From NCBI RefSeq assembly GCF_013213975.1, contig NZ_JABSST010000002.1, positions 3,758 through 67,757 on the forward strand: DNA of 64,000 nt, read 5' to 3'. Below are positions 8,663 to 18,007 of this stretch, one piece after another. How positions within the stretch are numbered: position 1 is the stretch's first letter; every line of letters starts with the position of its first letter. The notes under the pieces are model-generated. The model saw nothing but the letters and a program-made list of their open reading frames with translations, was not told the origin of the DNA and searched no databases. The position numbers and the translations under genes are program-made. Source of the DNA: Winogradskyella sp. Lineage in GTDB: Bacteria > Bacteroidota > Bacteroidia > Flavobacteriales > Flavobacteriaceae.

Positions 8663-9742
8663 TTAATTTTTAACACATTCTGATCCTTTACCAACCTGAT
8701 CTTCAATAAAATGACCATTTTGGCAATACCTTGACAATTGATTTTCAATAAACCTAAGGACGGTATCCTTTTCATTTTCAGGATATAAAAGGTGTACATT
8801 AGCACCTGCATCTAGAGTAAAGCACAGCTTTGAATCGCTTTCTTTGCGATACGACCAAATCTTATTAATAATCTCTAGCGTATTGGGTTTCATTAAAATA
8901 AAATACGGCATACTGGTCATCATCATGGCGTGTAAGGTTAAAGCCTCACTTTCAACAATGTTTATGAATTCATCTAAATCCCCAGACTTTAAGATTGCTG
9001 TTAATTTCTCTAAATTCTCATGCGCTTGATTAAAACGTTGCGCCGCAAAAGGATGTCCGAACATTAATTTATGACCAACCGTACTACTCACTTGTTTCTC
9101 GCCCTTATCTACAAGCAGAATGGTATCTTGATAATTCTTAAAATTAGCATGAACGTCTTCTGCATATCGTACACCAAATAAATCCGAACTGGCTGTACTT
9201 TTATTTTGACCCCAAACCACGAGTTCACCTTCAATACTGCGACATGCACTTCCTGATCCTAGTCTTGCTAAAAAAGACGCTTTTTTATTGAAAAAATCAG
9301 TATTATGCGTAACGCCTAATTGCTTTTCAATACTCATTAAACATAAAGCCAAAGCACTCATACCTGAAGCTGAAGAAGCAATACCAGAACTATGCGGAAA
9401 CGTATTTGACGTATCTATTTTAAAATGAAAATCTCTTAAAAAAGGAACGTAAGCTTCAATACGCTCAAAAAAGGTTTGAATCTTAGGCTTGAAGGCTTCA
9501 TTTTTTTCACCTTCAAAATAAACATCAAAACTAAAATCCGATCCTTCTTTTTTTGTGAAGCTGACTTCCGTTATGGTCTTACAATTAGATAATGTAAAAC
9601 TTATTGAAGGGTTTTCAGGAATTTGATGCGCTCGTTTTCCCCAATACTTGACTAAGGCAATATTACTTGGAGAGGTCCATTTCACAGCACCTTCATTAAG
9701 GTCAGAATCATAAGATTTGAGAATAAAATCTTGTTCGGTCAT
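8663..9742 (-). CDS. mvaD: Diphosphomevalonate decarboxylase
   Basis: PSNIALVKYWGK, GIASSASG, RLGSGSACRS, TLDAGANVH. Start set at ATG 9742 because the upstream TTG lies within a -7 box. Confidence 0.9.
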   Translation of the reverse strand: MTEQDFILKSYDSDLNEGAVKWTSPSNIALVKYWGKRAHQIPENPSISFTLSNCKTITEVSFTKKEGSDFSFDVYFEGEKNEAFKPKIQTFFERIEAYVPFLRDFHFKIDTSNTFPHSSGIASSASGMSALALCLMSIEKQLGVTHNTDFFNKKASFLARLGSGSACRSIEGELVVWGQNKSTASSDLFGVRYAEDVHANFKNYQDTILLVDKGEKQVSSTVGHKLMFGHPFAAQRFNQAHENLEKLTAILKSGDLDEFINIVESEALTLHAMMMTSMPYFILMKPNTLEIINKIWSYRKESDSKLCFTLDAGANVHLLYPENEKDTVLRFIENQLSRYCQNGHFIEDQVGKGSECVKN

Positions 9743-9760
9743 ATACTTTGATTTCTGATG

Positions 9761-9768
9761 CAAAAATA
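9761..9768 (-). promoter_or_regulatory. -7 promoter box for mvaD-mvk
   Basis: Minus-strand TATTTTTG matches TAnnTTTG, 18 nt upstream of ATG 9742. Confidence 0.5.
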
Positions 9769-9788
9769 ATGAAAATAGCGAGCAAGTC

Positions 9789-10325
9789 TCAGTTTTCTGA
9801 GGACAATGCCAGCAGTTTTACCATTGTTTTATAATTTCTTGCCGTTGCATCTACTTTTAATTTTCTTTCAAAATAATTTAAACTGAATTTTGCCTTACCA
9901 TAACCATTAGCACAATAGAAATACAAAGCATCTTCTATAATATCATACACTTCATTATCATAAGTTTTCTCTTTGGCCTCAATTACCAAAGCATGATCTG
10001 GTTTATGAGATAACATAGCAAAATAGCTATTGGTTTTTTGATCTTCTGGAAATGGACAACGATCAAAAATGGCCTGAATTTGATCTCTAGTTCTGACTAA
10101 AACAGCAACTTCAAATCCAAAATAATCAAGTATTGTATTTCGGAGTTTTGATTCAATATCTATTACATCTCCCTCTTCATCTTGACATATTATATTGCCG
10201 GTTTGGATGTAAGTTTTTACATTCTCAAAACCCGACTTAGTCAATAAGGCTCTTAATTCTGCCATTGGTACTTTATTATGGCCCCCAACATTAATACCAC
10301 GTAGCAAAGCAATATACGTCTTCAT
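9789..10325 (-). CDS. DUF1697 family protein
   Basis: Signature N-terminus YIALLRGINVGGHNKVPMAELR...VKTYIQTGN and C-terminal TARNYKT. Confidence 0.85.
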   Translation of the reverse strand: MKTYIALLRGINVGGHNKVPMAELRALLTKSGFENVKTYIQTGNIICQDEEGDVIDIESKLRNTILDYFGFEVAVLVRTRDQIQAIFDRCPFPEDQKTNSYFAMLSHKPDHALVIEAKEKTYDNEVYDIIEDALYFYCANGYGKAKFSLNYFERKLKVDATARNYKTMVKLLALSSEN

Positions 10326-10329
10326 ATGA

Positions 10330-11538
10330 TTATAATGATTGTGAAACTATGTAAGCTCCGGTCCACGCATTTTGAAAATTAAATCCACCTGTAACGGCAT
10401 CTATATTTAGCACCTCGCCTGCAAAATATAGATTTGGGATGCGTTTACTTTCAAATGTTTTAAAATTCACCTCCTTTAAATCAACACCTCCTGCAGTTAC
10501 AAACTCTTCCTTAAAGGTACTCTTTCCGGTTACTTTAAATATGGCTCTTGTGAGTTGATTTGCCAACTTTTCAACTTGGTGTTTATTAATATCTGCCCAT
10601 CGTTCTGTTTCAGAAATATCTGATGACAGAACTAATTTTTTCCAAAGTCGTTTAGGAAGTTCAAATTGAGTAGCACCTGTGACTTGCTTTCTAGCCAAGC
10701 CTTTTTTTATGTCTTTTAAATGCTCTAAGCATGCCTCTAAAGATTGTTGAATAAAATTAATTTGTATTTCAAACTGATAATTCCGTTTTGATAGCTCAAT
10801 TGCACCAAAAGCGGATAACTTTAGTATTGCAGGTGCGCTCATTCCAACATGTGTAATAAGCAAAGGACCATTAGACACCAAATCTGAATCTATAATCTTT
10901 ACTTCTACATTTTTAGCTACTACTCCTGGAATATCTTTGATGCGCTTATCTTTAATATCAAACGTAAATAATGAAGGTACTGGAGGAATAATTGTATGAC
11001 CTAATTGCTCTAACATTTGCCACATTTTAGGATTACTCCCTGTCGCTATTACAAGTTGCTCACACTCAAACTTGTCTTTAGAAGTCATTATCTCAAAACT
11101 GATTTCCTCAGCATTAATGGATTTTACCACTTCATTATAAAACACCTCAACCTTATGCTTTTTTGCTTCTTGTAAAAAACAATCTATAATTGTCTGCGAA
11201 GAATCCGTAACTGGAAACATTCTACCATCTTCTTCGATTTTAAGTTCTATACCTCGCTCTTCGAACCATGCTATGGTGTCACCTGTCATAAACCTATGAA
11301 ATGGACCTAAAAGCTCTTTCTCACCTCTAGGATAGTTTAATACCAATTCTGAAGGAATAAATTCTGCATGCGTAACATTACATCGACCACCGCCAGAGAT
11401 TTTTACCTTTTGTAAACCTAGTTTTCCGCGCTCTAAAATTGCAACCGAACGCCCTGGATATCGCTCTGCAATATTAATTGCCGCAAAAAAGCCGGCCGCT
11501 CCACCACCAATAATTATAATATCTTTGTATTTACTCAA
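10330..11538 (-). CDS. HI0933/BaiN/YhiN(RdsA)-family flavoprotein
   Basis: IIGGGAAG, KVKISGGGRCNVT, GRMFP, LLITHVGMSAPAIL, VTAGGV, LYFAGEVLNIDAVTGGFNFQNAW. Probable TTG start at 11538. Confidence 0.9.
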   Translation of the reverse strand: MSKYKDIIIIGGGAAGFFAAINIAERYPGRSVAILERGKLGLQKVKISGGGRCNVTHAEFIPSELVLNYPRGEKELLGPFHRFMTGDTIAWFEERGIELKIEEDGRMFPVTDSSQTIIDCFLQEAKKHKVEVFYNEVVKSINAEEISFEIMTSKDKFECEQLVIATGSNPKMWQMLEQLGHTIIPPVPSLFTFDIKDKRIKDIPGVVAKNVEVKIIDSDLVSNGPLLITHVGMSAPAILKLSAFGAIELSKRNYQFEIQINFIQQSLEACLEHLKDIKKGLARKQVTGATQFELPKRLWKKLVLSSDISETERWADINKHQVEKLANQLTRAIFKVTGKSTFKEEFVTAGGVDLKEVNFKTFESKRIPNLYFAGEVLNIDAVTGGFNFQNAWTGAYIVSQSL

Positions 11539-11566
11539 TGTCTTAAATAGAAAAGATAAAATTACA

Positions 11567-12376
11567 ATGATAAACTGCAAAAGACTAATATTTGTTTTCC
11601 TTATAATTTATAGTTGTCAATCCATGGGGCAACTTCAGTTTTTAGGAGATATTAATAATAGTTTAAAAGAAGTTTCTGCAGCTGAGTCTATACCACAATC
11701 TAATCTTATATGGACTATTCAAGATTCAGGAAATGATAGTGAACTTGTAGGTCTAAATGACAAAGGTAAAATCATTAAAACTATTAGTATAGACAACGTA
11801 AGTAATATTGATTGGGAAGATTTAACTTCAGATCAGGATGGTAATTTATACATTGGAGACTTTGGTAATAATCATAAAAAAAGAAAGATCTTCAGAATAT
11901 TAAAAATTAATATTGAAGATCTCAACAGCTCTAACGCTACAGCCGACATTATTGAGTTTACATTGCCAAAAAAACAAAGCTCTAAAGATTTTGAAGGTTT
12001 CTTTTTATGGAATAATACCTTTTACATCTTTAGTAAAGAAACTAAAAAATTTATTGTGATTAAAGTCCCTAATAAAGCGGGAAGACATGAAGCTATTATA
12101 CATTCAGATTTTAACTTAGATGGTAAAGACAATAAAATAACGGCTGCGGATATTAGTGATGATGGAAAAATCGTAGTGCTTCTCAATCACAATAAGCTCT
12201 GGAAATTAAGTGATTTTCTAGATGACGACTTCTTCTCTGGCAAGATTAAAAAACTTCCTTTTGACCACGACTCACAAAAAGAAGGTGTTACCTTTAAAAC
12301 AAACTCCAAAGTTCTTATAACAGACGAGCGTAATGGAACAACTGGCGGAAATCTTTATAGTTTTAACATTGACTAA
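11567..12376 (+). CDS. Exported beta-propeller-like protein (SdiA-regulated/phytase-like superfamily), probable lipoprotein
   Basis: Signal with IIYSC; repeated blade motifs EVSA, DWEDL...YIGDFGNN, DFEGF, ITAADIS, QKEGV. Start at ATG 11567. Confidence 0.55.
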   Translation: MINCKRLIFVFLIIYSCQSMGQLQFLGDINNSLKEVSAAESIPQSNLIWTIQDSGNDSELVGLNDKGKIIKTISIDNVSNIDWEDLTSDQDGNLYIGDFGNNHKKRKIFRILKINIEDLNSSNATADIIEFTLPKKQSSKDFEGFFLWNNTFYIFSKETKKFIVIKVPNKAGRHEAIIHSDFNLDGKDNKITAADISDDGKIVVLLNHNKLWKLSDFLDDDFFSGKIKKLPFDHDSQKEGVTFKTNSKVLITDERNGTTGGNLYSFNID

Positions 12377-12379
12377 CTA

Positions 12380-15300
12380 TTAAAAATCAAATCCTAATTG
12401 AAATGCAAATCGAAGTCCATCACTACTATTAAATGCAGACAACTGTGCGGTCATCATTTCTGCCATATTAACAAATAGCCCACCACCAAGAGAATTATGC
12501 CATTTATCTGAATTATCGTTGTCTAGCCATACACGACCGTAATCTACCCCTCCATATATTCCAATATGAATTGGCAAAAGCCCTGTTTTTAAACGCCCAA
12601 AATGCCAACGAACATCAGTGGATTGCGAAAAAGCAGTCTTTCCTGTAAACCTTTGAAATCTATATCCTCTTAAACCGGTTTTTGAACCTAAAGTAGCTCC
12701 TTGATAAAACTCAAAACCATCACCAAAATTTATATGCCCTCTCAAATTTGTTGCTAATACGAGCTTTCCGCTTGACACCAACTTGTAATCAACCCCTAAT
12801 TCTGATATGATATACCCAAATCCTTTAGTAGTAGTAGTATTATTTTTATAACCCGTATTTAATAGCGTTTGAAACCCCAATGTAGGAAAAGCATTATCAT
12901 CTTTATTCACATAGCTGTATACAGCGTCAATACCATAGAAATTTTGATTATCAAAAACAGCATCATCAGCAGAAATACTCTCTATAAACCTTCCTGAGGT
13001 ACGCTCTACTTCATTACTCTCATAGCTTATCCCAAACTTCAAACTTCCTCCCGTTTCCCCTCGCCAAATCAATGATGGCATAAAACTTAAGGTTCTAATT
13101 TTTACACGATTAAAATCCATATTCACATCCAATCCGTCATTTTCATCCGCTTCAGGGTTTGGGGTTTCATTTCCAAAACCGAAAAAATTAACTGCGAAGT
13201 TTGGACTATTAAACTGGGCTTCCAAGCCAAAATTTACATTTGGAAATATATTTGCAAATTCTCCTTTATAATTAAAATCAAAACCATTTGTAGCAAAATA
13301 GTAGACCGCAGAAAGTCTGTGTTGTGAGGTAAATGGATTACGCTCAAACCCATAAGCAGTATATGTGGCATTTGCCCCAACTCTGAAACCATCATCGGGA
13401 TTTGCACCAAAAGAAGGTAAAACCTGAGTAGTATTATTTTTTAATTTACGATAATCATAAGCATTAGTATCATAATTATCCGTAAACTTTTTGTGCCCTT
13501 TATTTGTCTTGACAATACTAGATTTTGATTTGTAATCATAATAAGTAATACGCTTTCCGTTTTCAATATTGTAAGTATCCTTATTCTGCCCACCAACTAA
13601 GCGTACTTTAATTTCCTTATCACTATTACTACCATAAACATAAAAAACATCATCATCACCTAAACCATAGATCCAAATTTCCTTAGTTTCATTATGATTA
13701 TATATTCGCTCAATAAACTTATCTTTTTTCTCACCTTTTTTAATGCGATATACTGTAATTTTTGTTTTCCCTTTTGGTAGACGTTCAATATCGAACCAAT
13801 CGTCTTTATTGGTTCCTTTGATGACCGCAACATTATTCAGTAAATCGTAATAGCGATCAGCAATCTTTTGAAGATTAGCTCTACGTGCCTTTAACTTCCT
13901 TTTAATTTCCTCTACTGTTTCATCTCTTACTTCTATTGGCATATTTAAAAATGCAGTCTCGATTACCTCATCCGTTAACCCGTCTTGAATCATTTTCACC
14001 TGAGCATTCCAAACCTTTTTATCGGATTGCACAATAAGCTCTTTATCCAATGGATAAGGTTCAAAATTAACCCCTTTCACATCTTTTAAGTCATCAGAAT
14101 AATTTCTCAATAATTTCGCGGCAGGTAGCAATTTTACTGCTAAATCAAGTAATAATCCGTCGCTCATTATTGAAAAGGCTTGGTCACGATCACGTGGCAT
14201 TGGTCGAAATACTTTTTTTCCATCTTCTTTGAATTGAATCCATCTCCACTGATCCTGATGTCTATCCCAATCACCTATAAGCATATCAAATAACCTTGCT
14301 CTAATATAGGATCCTTCATCAATTACGACATCCTCGTCTTTATGCAATTTCTCCATCATATCAATGGTACTTAACAACTTATCTTGAAATCCAAAACTGG
14401 CTAGGTCACTATGTCCTTCTGAAGTATGCTCTTCAATCATATAAAGCTCATTACCAAAGTCTGCATTATAGGCACCTAATGCATTTTGCTTGGGCACATA
14501 GTACAGTGTAGGATTCGTATGGTAAACATCAACTGCATCTGATAAATCACCAACAACAAAAGGTGCATAAGGATGAGAACCTGTAAACACATCTAAGAGT
14601 AAATCTTCTGTAGCTGTATCATCGAACTGCCCTTCTATATATTGATCTTTAAATAAAACAGCTTGTAAATACTGCAATGCCTGTTTGCGAAGTGCTCGCA
14701 TTACATATTGAGCTCCGTTTTTATCTTCTAAACGTAAAGACTTAGACTGGTTTCCACCTCCTTTACGCACAGGTTTCAAACCACCAAATAATGTATCTAA
14801 ATTCACAGTTGGAGCATTAACTTTAGTACCATAGTACTTTCGGTAACGTTTACCCCAAAAAAACCTCCTTGTCCCTGTCGCTTTAACCTCATCATCAGTG
14901 TAAATTGAAGCAGCTACAGTTTCAGGAAATTCAGACGGATAATTAGCTGGCTCCGGTTTTACATTCGGAGGTAAAACTTGACCTTCATAAACTAGTTTTT
15001 CGTCATCTGTTGAATAAAACTGAACGTGAGACGAACCGTCTTTATAAAGTTTTAAAATAGCATAGCCACGAGTACCATAACCAAAATTGGCATTCATATT
15101 TCTAACCGCTGAAACCTTAGATCCAGAGCCACTAACAATTTGATGTAAATTATCTTTTACTATATACTGCAAATTATGATCATGACCTGATACAAAAACC
15201 ACCTTTCTATTAACCTGAGCTAAGGCCACCAATTGACGTTTCATCTCATTATATCGAGCGTTTTGTAGATCTACATTAGCCACTCCACTAGTTTTACGAA

Positions 15301-16060
15301 TAACATTCTTTAATGTTCCTAACACAGGAAGAGGCTTCATATGGCTACCAAAAGAATACTGTCCTCCATGAGAACCATTTGTATATAACGGATGATGTAA
15401 TGCTACTATAGTTGTTTTTCCTCTTGCTTTTTTAATTAAGCTACTAAACTCATCGAGAAAATCATTTCGAGTCTTAAATTCACAATCATCATTAATTTTT
15501 GGGTGATTATTCCAATTTGTAATATACCATTGGGAATCTATAATGATGAGTTCGATATCATCTGAAACATGCACTTTTTCAATTGGGCAACCATTCTCGG
15601 GTAAAAATGTATTCTTACCTAATTTTTTTTCAACAAACTTTTCTTGTCGTTTAAGCCCATCTAAGCCGTGATACCAATCGTGATTCCCTGGAATAAAAAG
15701 AGCTTGTCCTTTAAAATTTTTTGTTGCTTCCGTTTGAACTCTCAAGCGATAAGAAGCCAAATCATAGTTCTCATCTCCTTTTTCAGGCAGTCCTTTTTCA
15801 TAAATATTGTCTCCTAAGAATATCGCTGTACTATTCGCTGAGGCTTTTTCTAACTCCTCTTCGAAGGCCTGAAGGGCTTTATCTTTTTTATTTAATTGAG
15901 AATTTCCTGCATCACCAATTAAATAAAATGTGTGCTCTACAGCCTTAGTTGTCGGCTCGATTTGATTTTCGGACTTTCCGTATTGTGGCTTATAAGTTGC
16001 ACAAGCGCTTAATAACAAGACTAATGATAAGGAACTAATGACTTTGATTGGCTTAGGCAT
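12380..16060 (-). CDS. Lipoprotein fusion: metallophosphoesterase + atypical kinase-like domain + Omp85/BamA-TamA-like beta-barrel
   Basis: Lipobox LLSAC; calcineurin-like motifs IGDAG, LGDNIY, PGNHDW, HHP, SGHDH; middle GGGNQS...IGDWDRHQDQW...PRDRDQAF; C-terminal barrel with GLRGYRFQRFTG (Omp85 L6-like loop), VDYGRVW and terminal QLGFDF. Confidence 0.8.
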   Translation of the reverse strand: MPKPIKVISSLSLVLLLSACATYKPQYGKSENQIEPTTKAVEHTFYLIGDAGNSQLNKKDKALQAFEEELEKASANSTAIFLGDNIYEKGLPEKGDENYDLASYRLRVQTEATKNFKGQALFIPGNHDWYHGLDGLKRQEKFVEKKLGKNTFLPENGCPIEKVHVSDDIELIIIDSQWYITNWNNHPKINDDCEFKTRNDFLDEFSSLIKKARGKTTIVALHHPLYTNGSHGGQYSFGSHMKPLPVLGTLKNVIRKTSGVANVDLQNARYNEMKRQLVALAQVNRKVVFVSGHDHNLQYIVKDNLHQIVSGSGSKVSAVRNMNANFGYGTRGYAILKLYKDGSSHVQFYSTDDEKLVYEGQVLPPNVKPEPANYPSEFPETVAASIYTDDEVKATGTRRFFWGKRYRKYYGTKVNAPTVNLDTLFGGLKPVRKGGGNQSKSLRLEDKNGAQYVMRALRKQALQYLQAVLFKDQYIEGQFDDTATEDLLLDVFTGSHPYAPFVVGDLSDAVDVYHTNPTLYYVPKQNALGAYNADFGNELYMIEEHTSEGHSDLASFGFQDKLLSTIDMMEKLHKDEDVVIDEGSYIRARLFDMLIGDWDRHQDQWRWIQFKEDGKKVFRPMPRDRDQAFSIMSDGLLLDLAVKLLPAAKLLRNYSDDLKDVKGVNFEPYPLDKELIVQSDKKVWNAQVKMIQDGLTDEVIETAFLNMPIEVRDETVEEIKRKLKARRANLQKIADRYYDLLNNVAVIKGTNKDDWFDIERLPKGKTKITVYRIKKGEKKDKFIERIYNHNETKEIWIYGLGDDDVFYVYGSNSDKEIKVRLVGGQNKDTYNIENGKRITYYDYKSKSSIVKTNKGHKKFTDNYDTNAYDYRKLKNNTTQVLPSFGANPDDGFRVGANATYTAYGFERNPFTSQHRLSAVYYFATNGFDFNYKGEFANIFPNVNFGLEAQFNSPNFAVNFFGFGNETPNPEADENDGLDVNMDFNRVKIRTLSFMPSLIWRGETGGSLKFGISYESNEVERTSGRFIESISADDAVFDNQNFYGIDAVYSYVNKDDNAFPTLGFQTLLNTGYKNNTTTTKGFGYIISELGVDYKLVSSGKLVLATNLRGHINFGDGFEFYQGATLGSKTGLRGYRFQRFTGKTAFSQSTDVRWHFGRLKTGLLPIHIGIYGGVDYGRVWLDNDNSDKWHNSLGGGLFVNMAEMMTAQLSAFNSSDGLRFAFQLGFDF

Positions 16061-16117
16061 TGTGTGATTTTAAATTTACTTTTAACTCAAGGTTACAGTA
16101 AGAGATTTGAAGCTATT

Positions 16118-16132
16118 GCGAAGTTACAAATA
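16118..16132 (-). promoter_or_regulatory. Extended -7 promoter motif upstream of the phosphoesterase-Omp85 gene
   Basis: Minus-strand TATTTGTAACTTCGC containing TAACTTCG; 14/15 identical to 21623-21637. Confidence 0.5.
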
Positions 16133-16286
16133 ACATTTATGCTTTCGAAGTTAAATTAATAATGTTTTAAAAATCATTTGATTTACAGGTAGTTATAAAT
16201 ACGTATTTAGAATTAATCCTTTACAATTCTCTATTTTGAGTCAAGTATTCTCATAATTTTTAATAGATTCATGAGCTTTAATTAGT

Positions 16287-17849
16287 TTACGAACTACAGG
16301 ACAACATGGAGCATCCAACTTTATGTCTCGCCCATTCTGGTCGTTTTACAAACCATTTTTCCATGTTGGGTTGCTCATCATAAGGTGCTTTGAGTAAGGA
16401 GAATAATTCACCTAACAGATTGTAGTCCCCTTTATTAGCATCATCAATGACTAATTGTGCCATAAAGTTTCGCAAAACATACTTTGGATTAACTGAGTCC
16501 ATCTTTACCTTGCGCTGAACGTCGTCTAATGGCTCTAATTGTAGTCTTTCGTCGTAACTCTTATACCATTCTTCCCATAGGTCAAGAATCTCTTCGTTTA
16601 AGTCATCGGGGTTATAAAGTGCTTCTCTTAAAATTTCAATTCCTGATAATGCATTTCCCTTTTTGAAATTTGACAACACCCTAAAGAAAATAGTCATGTC
16701 TGTTTCAGCCCTTGTTAAGCAATGCTCTAATGATTCAATCAAGGCTTGATCATTTTGATTTTGATTGACTAATCCTAGTTTAGAGCGCATCATCTCCAAA
16801 TGCTGTTGCTCAAAATTAAGCTGGTAGTCATTGAGAATAGACTCGAATGGCTCAGCCTCTTCTACCAATGGATAAAGGGCATTAGCGAGTTGCAATAAAT
16901 TCCATAACCCAATATTTGGTTGGTTACCATAACGATAGCGTTTATTGTGTTGGTCGGTTGTATTTGGTGTCCACCCGAAGTCATACCCTTCTAGCCAACC
17001 GTAAGGACCATAATCTATAGTCAAACCTAGAATAGACATATTATCGGTATTCATAACACCATGAACAAAACCAACGCGTTGCCAATGGATAATCATTCTT
17101 AGTGTATTCTCACTTACTGACCTAAAGAATTGGATATAGGATTGCTTAGAAGGTTCACCTAATTGAGGATAAAAATACTTTATAGAATAGTCAACAAGTC
17201 TTTTTAGGTTTTTATAATCCTTCCTTGCTGCAAACAACTCAAAATTACCAAAACGAACAAATGTTGGTGCGACACGACAAACAATAGCACCTTTCTCATA
17301 GTTAGCATTACCATTGTAAAGCATATCTCTTAAAACCTCATCCCCAGATAACATTAAGCTCAATGCTCTTGTAGTTGGAACACCTAAATAATACATGGCC
17401 TCGCTGCAAAGATATTCTCTAATTGAAGACCGTAAAACGGCTAAACCATCTCCTTGCCTTGAATAAGGTGTTTCACCAGCTCCTTTCAATTGCACAGCCC
17501 AACGCTTATGATTATGCTCTACTTCAAATAGATTAATAGCCCTACCATCACCTAATTGACCAGCCCAATTTCCAAATTGATGACCTGCGTATGCCATTGC
17601 AAAAGGTCTGGTTTTGGGTTGAAGTTTTGAACCAGAAAATACATCTAAAAAAGCATTTGAGCTTAAATCATCTTCATCTAATCCAATTGCCTTTGCCATA
17701 TCGGTAGAAACGTGGATTATTTTTGGATTCGATGGCACCTTAGGTTCTACAAAAGAATGGGTTGCCTCAAAAACTTTACGTCTCGTATTTTCTGTACTTG
17801 AATCAGCAGGCAATTCACAGCTAAATGTATCGCTGATGTTTAGTCGCAT
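16287..17849 (-). CDS. selO: SelO/YdiU protein adenylyltransferase (AMPylase pseudokinase)
   Basis: YAGHQFG, GQLGDGRA, QLKGAGETPYSRQGDGLAVLRSSIRE, GVMNTDNMSILGLTIDYGPY, NPKYVLRN, C-terminal GCSMLSCSS. Confidence 0.95.
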   Translation of the reverse strand: MRLNISDTFSCELPADSSTENTRRKVFEATHSFVEPKVPSNPKIIHVSTDMAKAIGLDEDDLSSNAFLDVFSGSKLQPKTRPFAMAYAGHQFGNWAGQLGDGRAINLFEVEHNHKRWAVQLKGAGETPYSRQGDGLAVLRSSIREYLCSEAMYYLGVPTTRALSLMLSGDEVLRDMLYNGNANYEKGAIVCRVAPTFVRFGNFELFAARKDYKNLKRLVDYSIKYFYPQLGEPSKQSYIQFFRSVSENTLRMIIHWQRVGFVHGVMNTDNMSILGLTIDYGPYGWLEGYDFGWTPNTTDQHNKRYRYGNQPNIGLWNLLQLANALYPLVEEAEPFESILNDYQLNFEQQHLEMMRSKLGLVNQNQNDQALIESLEHCLTRAETDMTIFFRVLSNFKKGNALSGIEILREALYNPDDLNEEILDLWEEWYKSYDERLQLEPLDDVQRKVKMDSVNPKYVLRNFMAQLVIDDANKGDYNLLGELFSLLKAPYDEQPNMEKWFVKRPEWARHKVGCSMLSCSS

Positions 17850-18007
17850 TTAATTTTAATTTGGTTAATTTAAGTAATTAATAAGACCAATTTACGTCCA
17901 AACAAAAGTTTAGACTTGCATAAAAATCAAGTTATTTAGCTAAGTTAGCACATTACTAACATAAATAGCTTGTAAATAATTCTTAATTTAGTCAAGATTA
18001 ATAGAAT

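Noticed and set aside
16287-16320. Possible selenocysteine in SelO
   Set aside because: The C-terminal residue is encoded by TGT (Cys) and the stop is TAA; there is no in-frame TGA.
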